Counted from the stretch's first letter, positions 18,455-28,255 are shown. The stretch is DNA of 32,000 nt from Zymomonas mobilis subsp. mobilis ATCC 10988 (GCF_000175255.2 NC_017262.1:390001-422000), one strand, 5' to 3'. The notes: generated from the letters alone by a model not told the origin. Program-made: numbers and translations.

Positions 18455-19993
18455 ATGGAATCCCCCTCTTATAAAAATTTAATCAAAGCCGAGGATGCAC
18501 AGAAAAAAGCTGGAAAACGGCTTCTATCTTCTGAATGGTATCCTGGATTTCATGTAACGCCTTTAACTGGTTGGATGAATGACCCCAACGGGCTGATTTT
18601 TTTCAAGGGGGAATACCATCTTTTTTATCAATACTATCCTTTTGCACCTGTCTGGGGGCCGATGCATTGGGGACATGCGAAAAGCCGTGATTTAGTTCAT
18701 TGGGAAACACTCCCTGTTGCCCTTGCTCCAGGGGATTCATTTGATCGCGACGGCTGTTTCTCAGGATGCGCTGTTGATAATAATGGCGTTTTGACTCTGA
18801 TCTATACGGGGCATATCGTTTTATCTAACGATAGCCCTGATGCCATTCGTGAAGTGCAGTGTATGGCGACAAGCATAGACGGCATCCATTTTCAAAAAGA
18901 AGGCATCGTCCTTGAAAAAGCACCCATGCCACAGGTCGCCCATTTCAGAGACCCTCGCGTTTGGAAGGAGAATGACCACTGGTTTATGGTGGTGGGCTAT
19001 CGAACAGATGATAAGAAACATCAAGGAATCGGACATGTCGCTCTATACAGAAGCGAAAATCTAAAAGACTGGATTTTTGTCAAAACACTGCTGGGTGATA
19101 ATTCTCAATTACCGCTGGGAAAACGGGCTTTTATGTGGGAATGTCCTGATTTCTTCTCGTTAGGCAATCGTTCTGTTTTGATGTTTTCTCCACAAGGCTT
19201 GAAGGCAAGCGGTTACAAAAACCGGAATCTATTTCAAAACGGCTATATTCTTGGAAAATGGCAAGCACCTCAATTTACGCCGGAAACATCCTTCCAAGAA
19301 CTAGACTATGGTCATGATTTCTATGCAGCACAACGTTTTGAAGCTAAAGATGGTCGTCAAATATTAATTGCATGGTTTGATATGTGGGAAAATCAAAAAC
19401 CCAGCCAACGAGATGGATGGGCTGGCTGTATGACGTTGCCCCGCAAGCTTGATTTAATTGATAATAAAATTGTGATGACGCCTGTTAGAGAAATGGAGAT
19501 TTTACGACAATCGGAAAAAATTGAATCTGTCGTAACGCTTTCGGATGCCGAGCATCCCTTTACGATGGACTCTCCCCTGCAAGAAATAGAGCTGATCTTT
19601 GACTTGGAAAAAAGCAATGCTTATCAAGCTGGTTTGGCTTTGCGCTGTAATGGCAAAGGGCAAGAAACGCTTCTTTATATCGATAGAAGCCAGAATCGTA
19701 TCATTCTTGACCGAAATCGCTCGGGGCAAAATGTAAAAGGGATTAGAAGCTGTCCGCTTCCGAACACCTCCAAAGTCAGACTGCATATATTCCTTGACCG
19801 ATCATCTATAGAAATTTTTGTCGGCGATGATCAGACCCAAGGCCTCTACAGCATAAGTAGTCGAATATTCCCCGATAAGGACAGCCTTAAAGGCCGTTTA
19901 TTCGCTATCGAAGGCTATGCCGTTTTTGATTCTTTTAAGAGATGGACATTACAGGATGCTAATCTAGCCGCTTTTTCAAGCGATGCCTGTTAA
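18455..19993 (+). CDS. sacA: Intracellular sucrase / beta-fructofuranosidase (GH32 invertase)
   Basis: It has the GH32 motifs WMNDPNG, FRDP and WECPD and no signal peptide. I recognise the 512-aa sequence (MESPSYKNLIKAEDAQKK…) as the Zymomonas mobilis intracellular sucrase SacA/InvA. Confidence 0.93.
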   Translation: MESPSYKNLIKAEDAQKKAGKRLLSSEWYPGFHVTPLTGWMNDPNGLIFFKGEYHLFYQYYPFAPVWGPMHWGHAKSRDLVHWETLPVALAPGDSFDRDGCFSGCAVDNNGVLTLIYTGHIVLSNDSPDAIREVQCMATSIDGIHFQKEGIVLEKAPMPQVAHFRDPRVWKENDHWFMVVGYRTDDKKHQGIGHVALYRSENLKDWIFVKTLLGDNSQLPLGKRAFMWECPDFFSLGNRSVLMFSPQGLKASGYKNRNLFQNGYILGKWQAPQFTPETSFQELDYGHDFYAAQRFEAKDGRQILIAWFDMWENQKPSQRDGWAGCMTLPRKLDLIDNKIVMTPVREMEILRQSEKIESVVTLSDAEHPFTMDSPLQEIELIFDLEKSNAYQAGLALRCNGKGQETLLYIDRSQNRIILDRNRSGQNVKGIRSCPLPNTSKVRLHIFLDRSSIEIFVGDDQTQGLYSISSRIFPDKDSLKGRLFAIEGYAVFDSFKRWTLQDANLAAFSSDAC

Positions 19994-20075
19994 AAATGGT
20001 TGGGGCGGCAGGATTCGAACCTGCGCATGACGGGATCAAAACCCGTTGCCTTACCGCTTGGCTACGCCCCAATAG
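19991..20075. repeat. Direct repeat copy 2 (85 bp, contains tRNA-Gln)
   Basis: Identical to 18190..18274. The sacA stop codon TAA (19991-19993) forms the first three bases of the repeat. Confidence 0.95.
19997..20071 (-). tRNA. tRNA-Gln (anticodon UUG), second identical copy
   Basis: Same 75-nt sequence as 18196..18270. Confidence 0.92.
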
Positions 20076-20196
20076 GCTTCTCGGTCGAGAATGATCTTCT
20101 TTATAACGACTGAAACGGGCTTGAAAAGTCCTGATTTCTAAAAATTTTTCTTTTCTCGACCTCAATTCGGGCAATTCCTCCGAAAGGATCTCGATT

Positions 20197-21198
20197 ATGG
20201 CTATTCTGATAACAGGCATTGCAGGCTTTATTGGTAGTTTTGCTGCAAAATCCCTTTTAGAAAGAGGCGAAGAAATAGTCGGGATAGATAATCTAAATGA
20301 TTATTATGATCCCGAGTTAAAGAAAAAACGTTTGGCAGAATTAAAAAAGCTCAAAAACGGCAAACTGCATTTTTCCCCTATCGATTTTTCGGACGGAACT
20401 CTTCTCAATAACACTCTCGAAAAATTCGATTTTGATCGCATTATCCATCTAGGTGCTCAGGCCGGTGTTCGATATTCGCTCATTAACCCCCAGATATATG
20501 GCGATTCTAACTTAATCGGCCATCTCAATATACTTGAGTTAGCAAGACATAGAAAAGTCCGGCATATGGTCTATGCCTCTTCCTCTTCTGTCTATGGCAA
20601 CCGTTCTACCCTGCCCTTTAAAGTTGATAGCCAGCCGGATTACCCAGCTTCTCTTTACGCAGCAACCAAAAGAGCGGGTGAGATGTTAAGCGAAAGCTAT
20701 GCCTATCTTTACCGTATCCCCCTGACAGGTCTCCGCTTTTTTACAGTATATGGTATTTGGGGTCGCCCAGATATGGCTATGTGGATTTTTACCAAAAAAA
20801 TCCTTCAAAAACAGCCAATTATGCTTTTTAATAATGGCGAAATGCAACGTGATTTCACCTATATTGATGATGCGGTATCCGGTTTAATTGCGGCCTTGGA
20901 CAACCCACCTCAAGATAATAACAAGATAAAATCAGGCGGCAGCCTTAATCCTCATAATCTCTATAATATCGGCAATCATCACCCCGAAAACCTGAAATAT
21001 CTTGTTGAATTATTAGAAGAGGCTTGCGGCTGTCATGCCATCAAAGAATTGCGCCCCATGCAGGCAGGTGATGTTTCCACCACCTATGCCGATATTGAGA
21101 CATCAAAGCGGGATTTAGGATTTCACCCTAAGATTACGCTGGATATCGGAGCAGGCCGTTTTGTCGAATGGTTTCGCCATTATATCACCCATTCATGA
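20197..21198 (+). CDS. NAD-dependent nucleotide-sugar epimerase (extended SDR; UDP-glucuronate 4-epimerase-like)
   Basis: It has the Rossmann motif ITGIAGFIGS, the catalytic YAATK, and overall similarity to the CapI/LpsL-type UDP-GlcA 4-epimerases. Confidence 0.85.
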   Translation: MAILITGIAGFIGSFAAKSLLERGEEIVGIDNLNDYYDPELKKKRLAELKKLKNGKLHFSPIDFSDGTLLNNTLEKFDFDRIIHLGAQAGVRYSLINPQIYGDSNLIGHLNILELARHRKVRHMVYASSSSVYGNRSTLPFKVDSQPDYPASLYAATKRAGEMLSESYAYLYRIPLTGLRFFTVYGIWGRPDMAMWIFTKKILQKQPIMLFNNGEMQRDFTYIDDAVSGLIAALDNPPQDNNKIKSGGSLNPHNLYNIGNHHPENLKYLVELLEEACGCHAIKELRPMQAGDVSTTYADIETSKRDLGFHPKITLDIGAGRFVEWFRHYITHS

Positions 21199-21311
21199 AG
21201 CTATTATAAAAAATTCAGAATTGTTAGCTCAAAAAACAGGGCTTTGTTTTCTCAATCAATTCTATATCCTTCTTTCCCCATATTTTATTTATTTTTCAAA
21301 GGTGTGGATTG

Positions 21312-21812
21312 ATGAAAGAGGCGTTTTCTTCGCCAGCCGATTCCCTTCTTTTCCTAAGGGAAGCTGAAATAAGACGGGGTATAGAACTCCTTTATTTTGG
21401 CTACTCCACTATTTATCAGTCCATTGATAGCCTGCTGACAAAAAACGGATTAGGGCAAGCGCATTATCGTTCGCTTTATTTTATTGCCAGAAAACCTGAT
21501 ATTTCAGTCGGAGAGCTACTTCGATTGCTGAATATCACTAAACAATCTCTAGGACGGATTATTCATGATTTAGAAGAAAAGGCACTTATCACAATAAGAC
21601 AAGGCGAACGGGATCGCCGATGCCGATTGCTGAAATTAAGTGATTCAGGGAAAGCTCTAGAAAGTCAGTTATTCGGATTAATTCGAGATAAAATGGCCAA
21701 GGCTTACGCGACTAGCGGAGCCGATGCTGTAACCGGATTCTGGCAATTATTAGAAAATCTTTTATCGACCGATATAAAGGATTCTGCCCTAGCCCTCCGC
21801 AAAGGCGATTAA
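21312..21812 (+). CDS. MarR-family transcriptional regulator
   Basis: It has a winged-HTH core (ISVGELLRLLNITKQSLGRIIHDLEEKALITIRQGERDRRCRLLKLSDSGKAL). ATG 21312 follows the TTG at 21309 used by the ORF track. Confidence 0.8.
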   Translation: MKEAFSSPADSLLFLREAEIRRGIELLYFGYSTIYQSIDSLLTKNGLGQAHYRSLYFIARKPDISVGELLRLLNITKQSLGRIIHDLEEKALITIRQGERDRRCRLLKLSDSGKALESQLFGLIRDKMAKAYATSGADAVTGFWQLLENLLSTDIKDSALALRKGD

Positions 21813-21825
21813 CAAGGAAATAGAC

Positions 21826-23127
21826 ATGCGTCAGGGTTTTCGAGGCGAAATAATTTCTTTTACAGATGACCCGTCCTTCTATGGGGACAAGGCTGTTTCC
21901 CATCAAAAAGATGGCATAATCGTCGTTGAGAATGGTCGTGTCATTGCACGGGATAAGGCTGAAATTATCAAGACGCAGTTTCCTGATCTGGCGATTACTG
22001 ACTGCTCCGGCTATTTAATTATGCCCGGTTTTATTGATAGTCATATCCACTACACACAGCTCGACTGTATCGCCGCCGGAGGTGAGACTTTACTTGGTTG
22101 GCTTGAAAAAAAGGTTTTTCCAACCGAACAGAAATTTTCGGATAAAGCCTATGCGACAGAAACGGCCGACTTTTTTTTAAAGGAATGTCTGCGGAATGGC
22201 ACGACCTCCACGCTTGTTTTTGCGACATCCTATTTCCAATCAGTCGAAGCGCTTTATAATGCTGCTTTAAAGGCGGATATGCGCATTATCACGGGTAATG
22301 TCTTGATGGATTTAGCGCCAAAGGCGCTTGCCGATAAAATACCAAAAAGCCTCGACGATAGTGAGAAGTTAATCCAAAACTGGCAAGGTCATGGCCGATT
22401 GGGATATGCTGTAACACCCCGTTTCGCTCTGACATCTTCTTCGGAGCAATTGGCTGGTGCAGGAAAAATACTGGGTGAATATCCCGATATTCTTATGCAA
22501 ACACATCTTGCTGAAACAAAAGATGAATGCGCTGCCGTTAAAGAACGCTTCCCGAAGGCTGGCGATTATCTAGAAGTCTATGAAAATTTTGGATTGTTAA
22601 CTGACAGAAGTGTTTTTGCGCATTGCCTATATCTATCAGATTCCGCGTTCCATCGCTTAGCTAAATCGGGTGCTGGAATTGCGTTTTGTCCGACATCCAA
22701 TCTATTTTTAGGTTCAGGATTATTCAATTTAGAAAAAGCCCGCCAGCTTAAGATCACGATGGGTTTGGGAAGTGATGTGGGTGCTGGAACCAGCTTCTCA
22801 TTACTGGCAACGATGGCTGAAGCCTATAAAACATGTCGGTTACAGAATTATAATCTTGATCCTTTTTATGCCTTTTACCTCGCGACTTTAGGCGGCGCGC
22901 GACTTCTGGGTATCGATCGCTATGTTGGCTCACTAGGAATGGGGCAAGAAGCAGACTTTATCCTCGTAAATCCGGCGGCCACGCCTTTGCTTGATCGCAG
23001 AACAAAAAACGCCTCTTTGGAAGAAAAGCTTTTTGCTCTCGAAATTATGGGGGATGATCGCGCTATTGCCGCTACCTATATCAAAGGTAAATTGGCTTTT
23101 GGCGGTATTGATCACCCCCCTATCTAG
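21826..23127 (+). CDS. guaD: Guanine deaminase (amidohydrolase superfamily)
   Basis: It has PGFIDSHIHYTQ, HLAET and GLGSDVGAGTS, and its length and pattern are typical of bacterial guanine deaminase. It lies 14 nt after the MarR gene. Confidence 0.85.
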   Translation: MRQGFRGEIISFTDDPSFYGDKAVSHQKDGIIVVENGRVIARDKAEIIKTQFPDLAITDCSGYLIMPGFIDSHIHYTQLDCIAAGGETLLGWLEKKVFPTEQKFSDKAYATETADFFLKECLRNGTTSTLVFATSYFQSVEALYNAALKADMRIITGNVLMDLAPKALADKIPKSLDDSEKLIQNWQGHGRLGYAVTPRFALTSSSEQLAGAGKILGEYPDILMQTHLAETKDECAAVKERFPKAGDYLEVYENFGLLTDRSVFAHCLYLSDSAFHRLAKSGAGIAFCPTSNLFLGSGLFNLEKARQLKITMGLGSDVGAGTSFSLLATMAEAYKTCRLQNYNLDPFYAFYLATLGGARLLGIDRYVGSLGMGQEADFILVNPAATPLLDRRTKNASLEEKLFALEIMGDDRAIAATYIKGKLAFGGIDHPPI

Positions 23128-23130
23128 AGA

Positions 23131-24861
23131 CTATTTTACGGGACAGGTGGTAGCTTCCGTCGGATCAAGATCAAGACAGCGGCCATCGACCTCCCCTTTT
23201 TTCAAAGGAATCTGCAAGAGAGCCGCTAAGCTTGGCATAATGTCGACGGTTTCAACCGGCATAGGTTGTTCAAAACCGGAGGCATGCGGCGTGTAAAAAA
23301 TAATGGGGACGCGCCGATCATAATCCCATGCTGATCCATGGGTCGCTACATATGAAACCGGTTTGGCAATAGGTGTCACGCGCGGTTTTAAAAGAACAAT
23401 CAAATCCCCCGAACGTAGTGGATCAAAAGAAGCCTTCGCTCTTTCCGCCAGATTCCATAATTCAGGTGAACGGGTTGGATATGGGATATGGGTTAATTCT
23501 GATGCGGTAAAAACCGCAGCGACCTGTGGGTGATTGGATAATTCCGATTTTGCAGCCTGAATAAGCTGTGCTTTTGTTTGCTCGGGTAAATTACGGTTAA
23601 TATACCAATCGCCTTGTGGTTCATTGGCAAAAAATAATGGCTGATTATGGCTCAATTGAAAACGTTCTGCCAACCTCAAAGAAAGCTGATCTGGCGATAA
23701 CGCGGGGTCAACGCGTTGAGCCGTCTCCACACCGCGTAATTTTGCACGTTCAGGCACATCTTGGCCACCATGGTCAGCTGTCAGAACCAAGACGTAAGGA
23801 ACACCGTTACTATCTAAGGCAGCAATAATACGGGCAATATTATCATCCAGACCCGCCATTTGGCTACACATTTCAGCCCCTTCGGTGCCATAAGCATGGC
23901 CAACAGCATCCGTTGCAGACAAACTCACCGTTAACAGATCGGGGGCATTGCTATGCCCTAATTTCAACTCATCAATCAATCCGATAGCAATATCGGTAGT
24001 TGTCCGATCATAGTCGGGGGTTACTCGAAAAGTTTTGAAATCACCGGCTTTTCTGGATGCCGGTGCCAAGCCGATAATTCTGTTATTCCCGATTTTCAGA
24101 GCCGATGCGTGATCCGCACAAACAGAAGGCATGACAGGCGCCTCATCTTGCTGCATCAAACGGGTTACTTGTTCATTCACTGTTTTTACAGTGGCAGGCA
24201 TCTCCCCCTTATGATCAGCCAGCGTTTTATACGCATTATCAGACCAAAACCATATTTGATCTGTCATATGGCCACCCATCATAATGGCGGCACGATCTTT
24301 GCCCGCTACAGAAATTACACGGCTATGGGGATTCGCTTTTTTCATCCGATCACCCAAAGTCGGCACTTTTAAATAATGAACCGATGGTTGGTAATTCTGA
24401 GGATCAGCTGAAAGAGACGGGTCTTCACTACAATAGACCTTTTTATCAGCCCTTTTGACCGAAAAATCATACCAGTTATTGGCAATAATCCCTGTTCTGG
24501 CTGGATGATCGCCTGTTAACAAAACCGAATGTCCAGGACAGGTCTCCGTTGCCGCATGACTATGGTAAGCCATGGGATAGACGACACCATTTTGTAACTG
24601 CTTCATTCCTGACCGGAAGCGGCCACGATATTCAGAAAATAAATCAGACGAAAATTGATCAACAGAAATAGCAACGATCAGGCGCGTCCCACTCCATGGG
24701 TTATGCGCTGTTTCAGAAGACGCGGCAATCTCTCCCTTGGGATGATTATCCAAAGGTTGCGTTGCCGCGATTGTTACCGATGAAAGACTGCTTGTAACTA
24801 TCGCTATCGCCAACGAAGAAAATACGGTCTTTAAAAAAGAATGATGAAGCAATGAGTTCAT
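23131..24861 (-). CDS. phoD: Alkaline phosphatase of the nucleotide pyrophosphatase/phosphodiesterase (AlkP-core) family
   Basis: It has an N-terminal signal/anchor and metal-site motifs (VSVDQF, TETCPGH, TADHGG, GSAWDYD). I recognise it as the Z. mobilis enzyme named PhoD, which is not the Bacillus PhoD family. Confidence 0.8.
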   Translation of the reverse strand: MNSLLHHSFLKTVFSSLAIAIVTSSLSSVTIAATQPLDNHPKGEIAASSETAHNPWSGTRLIVAISVDQFSSDLFSEYRGRFRSGMKQLQNGVVYPMAYHSHAATETCPGHSVLLTGDHPARTGIIANNWYDFSVKRADKKVYCSEDPSLSADPQNYQPSVHYLKVPTLGDRMKKANPHSRVISVAGKDRAAIMMGGHMTDQIWFWSDNAYKTLADHKGEMPATVKTVNEQVTRLMQQDEAPVMPSVCADHASALKIGNNRIIGLAPASRKAGDFKTFRVTPDYDRTTTDIAIGLIDELKLGHSNAPDLLTVSLSATDAVGHAYGTEGAEMCSQMAGLDDNIARIIAALDSNGVPYVLVLTADHGGQDVPERAKLRGVETAQRVDPALSPDQLSLRLAERFQLSHNQPLFFANEPQGDWYINRNLPEQTKAQLIQAAKSELSNHPQVAAVFTASELTHIPYPTRSPELWNLAERAKASFDPLRSGDLIVLLKPRVTPIAKPVSYVATHGSAWDYDRRVPIIFYTPHASGFEQPMPVETVDIMPSLAALLQIPLKKGEVDGRCLDLDPTEATTCPVK

Positions 24862-24895
24862 CCCTTAAAAAATTCTGGGAAAAACCAATAATATC

Positions 24896-24916
24896 ATCGA
24901 AATGTGACATTTCGAT
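24896..24916. promoter_or_regulatory. 21-bp perfect palindrome upstream of phoD
   Basis: ATCGAAATGT-G-ACATTTCGAT has 10-nt perfect arms. It lies 35-55 bp upstream of the phoD ATG, inside a 316-bp very AT-rich divergent intergenic region. Confidence 0.3.
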
Positions 24917-25177
24917 ATAGGGAAGTCTCTTTTTATTAAAGAGGATAACAAAATTATATTATTATTCGTTATATGATACAGATCGCAAAAAATAATTATA
25001 TATCAATATAGCTATAAAAATGGATATAAAGAAAAAGACATTATCTCTATAATAGAAGTAAATTTATTATCCTGTCCTATCATTTTATAGATACAGAAAA
25101 GCCTTATGCTTTATCCTTGTTTCGGGGATTAAATTGCGTTTAACCTCTTTTTATCGAGGAATAGAAAGAGGGATATT

Positions 25178-26401
25178 ATGACCGCCTATGCCGAAAATAT
25201 AACAGAAAGGCCGAGCCATTCTGAAAAAAAATCGGTTTTTTCAAATTTAAAATCTCAACCAGCAGATGCGCTTTTGGAATTGATCGCGCTTTGTCGTGAA
25301 GATACTCGCGAAAATAAAATTGATGTCGGCGTTGGGGTTTTTTGTGATGATCAGGGACATACCCCTGTCATGCGAGCGGTTAAAGCTGCCGAGATACAGC
25401 TTATCCACGAACAGAATACCAAATCTTATTTAGGATCCGCAGGCGATATAGAATTTTTTCGCCGACTAATTCCGGTCGTCTTTGGGAATGATTTCAAAGA
25501 TCATGAACGCTTGTCAGGCTTACAGACCCCTGGTGGGACCGGAGCTTTAAGGCTCGCTTTTGATCTCATCCATGCAGGCAATCCGAATGCAGACATTCAT
25601 TACGGTAATCCGACATGGGTTAACCACCTTCAGATCATTGCCAATACTGGTTTAAACAGCATCAGCCATCCTTTTTACAATAGAGAAAAACGTCAAATTG
25701 ATTTTGATGCGGTTCTTGACGATCTGAAGCAGGTCAAAAGGGGTGATGTCATCTTATTGCATGGCTGTTGTCATAATCCGACCGGATGCGACTTTACTTT
25801 TGATCAATGGAAAGCTCTTTCAGAAGTTATCAGTCAAAAAGGATTATTACCGGTCATTGATCTTGCCTATCAAGGCTTAGGCGATGGTTTAGAAGAGGAT
25901 GTCGCAGGTCTTCGTTGGTTGAGCCAACAAGTAGACGAAATGATCGTGACATATTCTTGTGATAAAAATTTCGGGCTTTATCGAGAAAGAACCGGCGCGA
26001 TTTTCGTGTTATCCCAAAATGCCGAAAGCCGTAAAATCGTTCAGTCTAATCTGATCGCATCAACACGAACCCATTGGTCTATGCCACCCGATCATGGCGC
26101 AGCGGCTGTTCGTATTATTCTTGAAAATGAAGCTTTATATGATTCTTGGCAGACAGAATTAAATGCCATGCAACAACGGATTAGCGGTAATCGCCAATCT
26201 TTGGCTAAGGCTGATTCCTATTTTGCGCCTTTGTTACAGCAAAAAGGTATGTTCTCGATATTACCGCTGTCACCAGAACAGATTAAAAAGCTGCGTATCG
26301 AAAACGCTATTTATATGGCGCCATCGGGTCGCATCAATGTCGCCGGTTTAACGCCGACAACGATAGATCCTTTTGTGAAGGCAATACAAAAGGTTATCTA
26401 A
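25178..26401 (+). CDS. Class-I aspartate/aromatic amino acid aminotransferase
   Basis: AspC/TyrB-like protein with GVGVF, GTGALR, HNPTG and the PLP-lysine motif SCDKNFGLYRERTG. It has a good SD (AGAGGGA) before the ATG. Confidence 0.85.
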   Translation: MTAYAENITERPSHSEKKSVFSNLKSQPADALLELIALCREDTRENKIDVGVGVFCDDQGHTPVMRAVKAAEIQLIHEQNTKSYLGSAGDIEFFRRLIPVVFGNDFKDHERLSGLQTPGGTGALRLAFDLIHAGNPNADIHYGNPTWVNHLQIIANTGLNSISHPFYNREKRQIDFDAVLDDLKQVKRGDVILLHGCCHNPTGCDFTFDQWKALSEVISQKGLLPVIDLAYQGLGDGLEEDVAGLRWLSQQVDEMIVTYSCDKNFGLYRERTGAIFVLSQNAESRKIVQSNLIASTRTHWSMPPDHGAAAVRIILENEALYDSWQTELNAMQQRISGNRQSLAKADSYFAPLLQQKGMFSILPLSPEQIKKLRIENAIYMAPSGRINVAGLTPTTIDPFVKAIQKVI

Positions 26402-26408
26402 CCTGTTT

Positions 26409-26438
26409 AAAGCCCTTCCCAAGGGAAGGGCTTTTTTA
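26409..26438. terminator. Rho-independent terminator shared by the convergent aminotransferase and DMT permease genes
   Basis: AAGCCCTTCCC/GGGAAGGGCTT forms a GC-rich stem, followed by TTTTTTATT on the plus strand. Confidence 0.7.
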
Positions 26439-27329
26439 TTAACGGGATAAGATAGATTTCACCTTTTCTCGTGACAGAACAAAACCAACCCCGACCAGTA
26501 AAAATCCGGTCAGATGCATCCATCCCAAACGCTCCCCTAAGAATGGCACCGCGATCAGGCTACCGAAAACAGGCATCAGATAGAGAAAAATGCTGGCACG
26601 ACTGGCGCCAATAATATGAACGCCTCGATTAAAAAACAAAAAGGCAAAAATAGACGGGCCAATAGCCAGATAGATTATCGCCGATAAAGAATGAGAATCA
26701 TGGAAGGGTAACCCCACCCCATAAGGAATTTGGAAAGGTAGCAAGACAAGAGAGGCTGCCACAAAACAGGAAAACAACAAAACTAACGGCGTAGTCGGCG
26801 GTTTATGGCGTAAAATGGTAGCATACAAAGCCTGGCACAGCATCGTTGCTGTCAAAAGCAAAGTTCCCCCGATTGTAGAGGCCGCCCCACCATTTCCCTT
26901 AGCGGCAATCACAAAGAGAATGCCACCAAAGGCAAAAAGCATCGCCACAATACGCTTTGGGCTTGGTTTTTCACCATAAAGAAAAAAAGCGAAAAGCAAG
27001 ATGACAACAGGGGTTGCCGATTGGATAAGCAAAGCCACTGTCGCCCCCGTGCTATGCAATCCGTAATAAGCTAAAGTATTTGATCCGGCCTGCCCTGTTG
27101 TTCCCAAAAGGAGAATAATTGGCCAATGCCTTAAAACAACGCGCCATTCTTTTTTCAAAGATGACCACACAAACGGCAAAAGTATACAGGCAGCCAAAGC
27201 CCAACGCCAAAAAGACAGACTAACAGGCGGCATAGAAGGCGGAATAATACGCCCAATAACGAAATTGCTGGCCCACATAAAAGCAGCCAGCGATAAGGTT
27301 ATCCATGCATTATTCCATAACCGGTTCAT
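26439..27329 (-). CDS. EamA/DMT-superfamily permease
   Basis: It has ten predicted TM segments in two EamA repeats. I prefer the internal ATG 27329 (MNRLWNNAW…), which is preceded by GAGGGGA, over the ORF track start at 27386. Confidence 0.8.
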   Translation of the reverse strand: MNRLWNNAWITLSLAAFMWASNFVIGRIIPPSMPPVSLSFWRWALAACILLPFVWSSLKKEWRVVLRHWPIILLLGTTGQAGSNTLAYYGLHSTGATVALLIQSATPVVILLFAFFLYGEKPSPKRIVAMLFAFGGILFVIAAKGNGGAASTIGGTLLLTATMLCQALYATILRHKPPTTPLVLLFSCFVAASLVLLPFQIPYGVGLPFHDSHSLSAIIYLAIGPSIFAFLFFNRGVHIIGASRASIFLYLMPVFGSLIAVPFLGERLGWMHLTGFLLVGVGFVLSREKVKSILSR

Positions 27330-27614
27330 GACATATCCCCTCACTTGGATTGTGAATATAATAGCTGTAACCGCACTATAATTCACATAATATTATTTTA
27401 AATAAAAATATTATTATTTTATTTACCAAAAATAAAAATTCAAATTTCAGAAAATTATAATTATTTAAAGCAATAGAATAGAGCTTCTACTCACAGGGCC
27501 GCTTTTATCAATAAAAGCAAGGTGACAAAAACTTTTCGCTTTTTCGGAAAAGAAATAGCCGTTTCTGCGTTCAAAACATTATAAACGGTAAGAGATCAGA
27601 TTGAGGAAAAACAA

Positions 27615-28247
27615 ATGAAATTATATGACTATAGCGGCGCATCCAATCCTCGGCGGGTGCGGATTTTTATTGCAGAAAAAAATATTGATATTGAAAATAT
27701 CCAAGTCGACCTTGCCGCAAAGCAGCAATTTTCAGAAGAATACCGCAAAATAAATCCCTATTGTGTCGTGCCAACCTTGTTATTGGATGATGGCACTGCA
27801 TTAGGAGAAGTGCCGGTTATCTGCCGTTATCTGGAAGAAATTTATCCTGATCCTCCTCTAATTGGTCGGACAGCCGAAGAGCGGGCAATTGTAGGAATGT
27901 GGGAAAGACGAATAGAACTGGACGGTTATTTTTCGGTTGTCGATGCTACCCGTAATAGTAATAGCAACCTTAAAGGCCACGCTTTAACAGGCGTTGATAG
28001 TTATCAACAAATTCCGGAATTAGCTGAACGCGGGAAAAAACGGACTATTCGCTTTTTTGAAGATTTCGATAGCCGTCTACAAAAGCAGGCTTATGCCGCT
28101 GGTGCTTTTTTCTCGATGGCTGATATCACAGCGGTTGTTGCCCTTGATCTGGCTAAAAAACGACTGGATATGGAACCAGATTCCAAATTGAAAGCTTTAC
28201 ACCGCTGGTATAGCGAAGTTTCTTCCCGTCCCAGTATGAAGGCTTAA
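27615..28247 (+). CDS. Glutathione S-transferase
   Basis: It has an N-terminal thioredoxin-like GST domain (SNPRRVRIFIAEK…VPTLLLDDG) and a C-terminal helical domain. Confidence 0.85.
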   Translation: MKLYDYSGASNPRRVRIFIAEKNIDIENIQVDLAAKQQFSEEYRKINPYCVVPTLLLDDGTALGEVPVICRYLEEIYPDPPLIGRTAEERAIVGMWERRIELDGYFSVVDATRNSNSNLKGHALTGVDSYQQIPELAERGKKRTIRFFEDFDSRLQKQAYAAGAFFSMADITAVVALDLAKKRLDMEPDSKLKALHRWYSEVSSRPSMKA

Positions 28248-28255
28248 GATTCTAT

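Noticed and set aside
18190-20075. sacA segment as an integrase-mediated genomic island
   Set aside because: There is no integrase or excisionase gene, and the repeats include the entire tRNA rather than only its 3' portion. Homologous duplication or insertion between tandem tRNA genes fits better.
27330-27614. AT-rich region with repeated AATATTATT / AATAAAAAT motifs between the DMT permease and GST genes
   Set aside because: This looks like ordinary AT-rich divergent promoter DNA. The repeats are short and expected by chance at this composition. No ORF or structured element could be supported.
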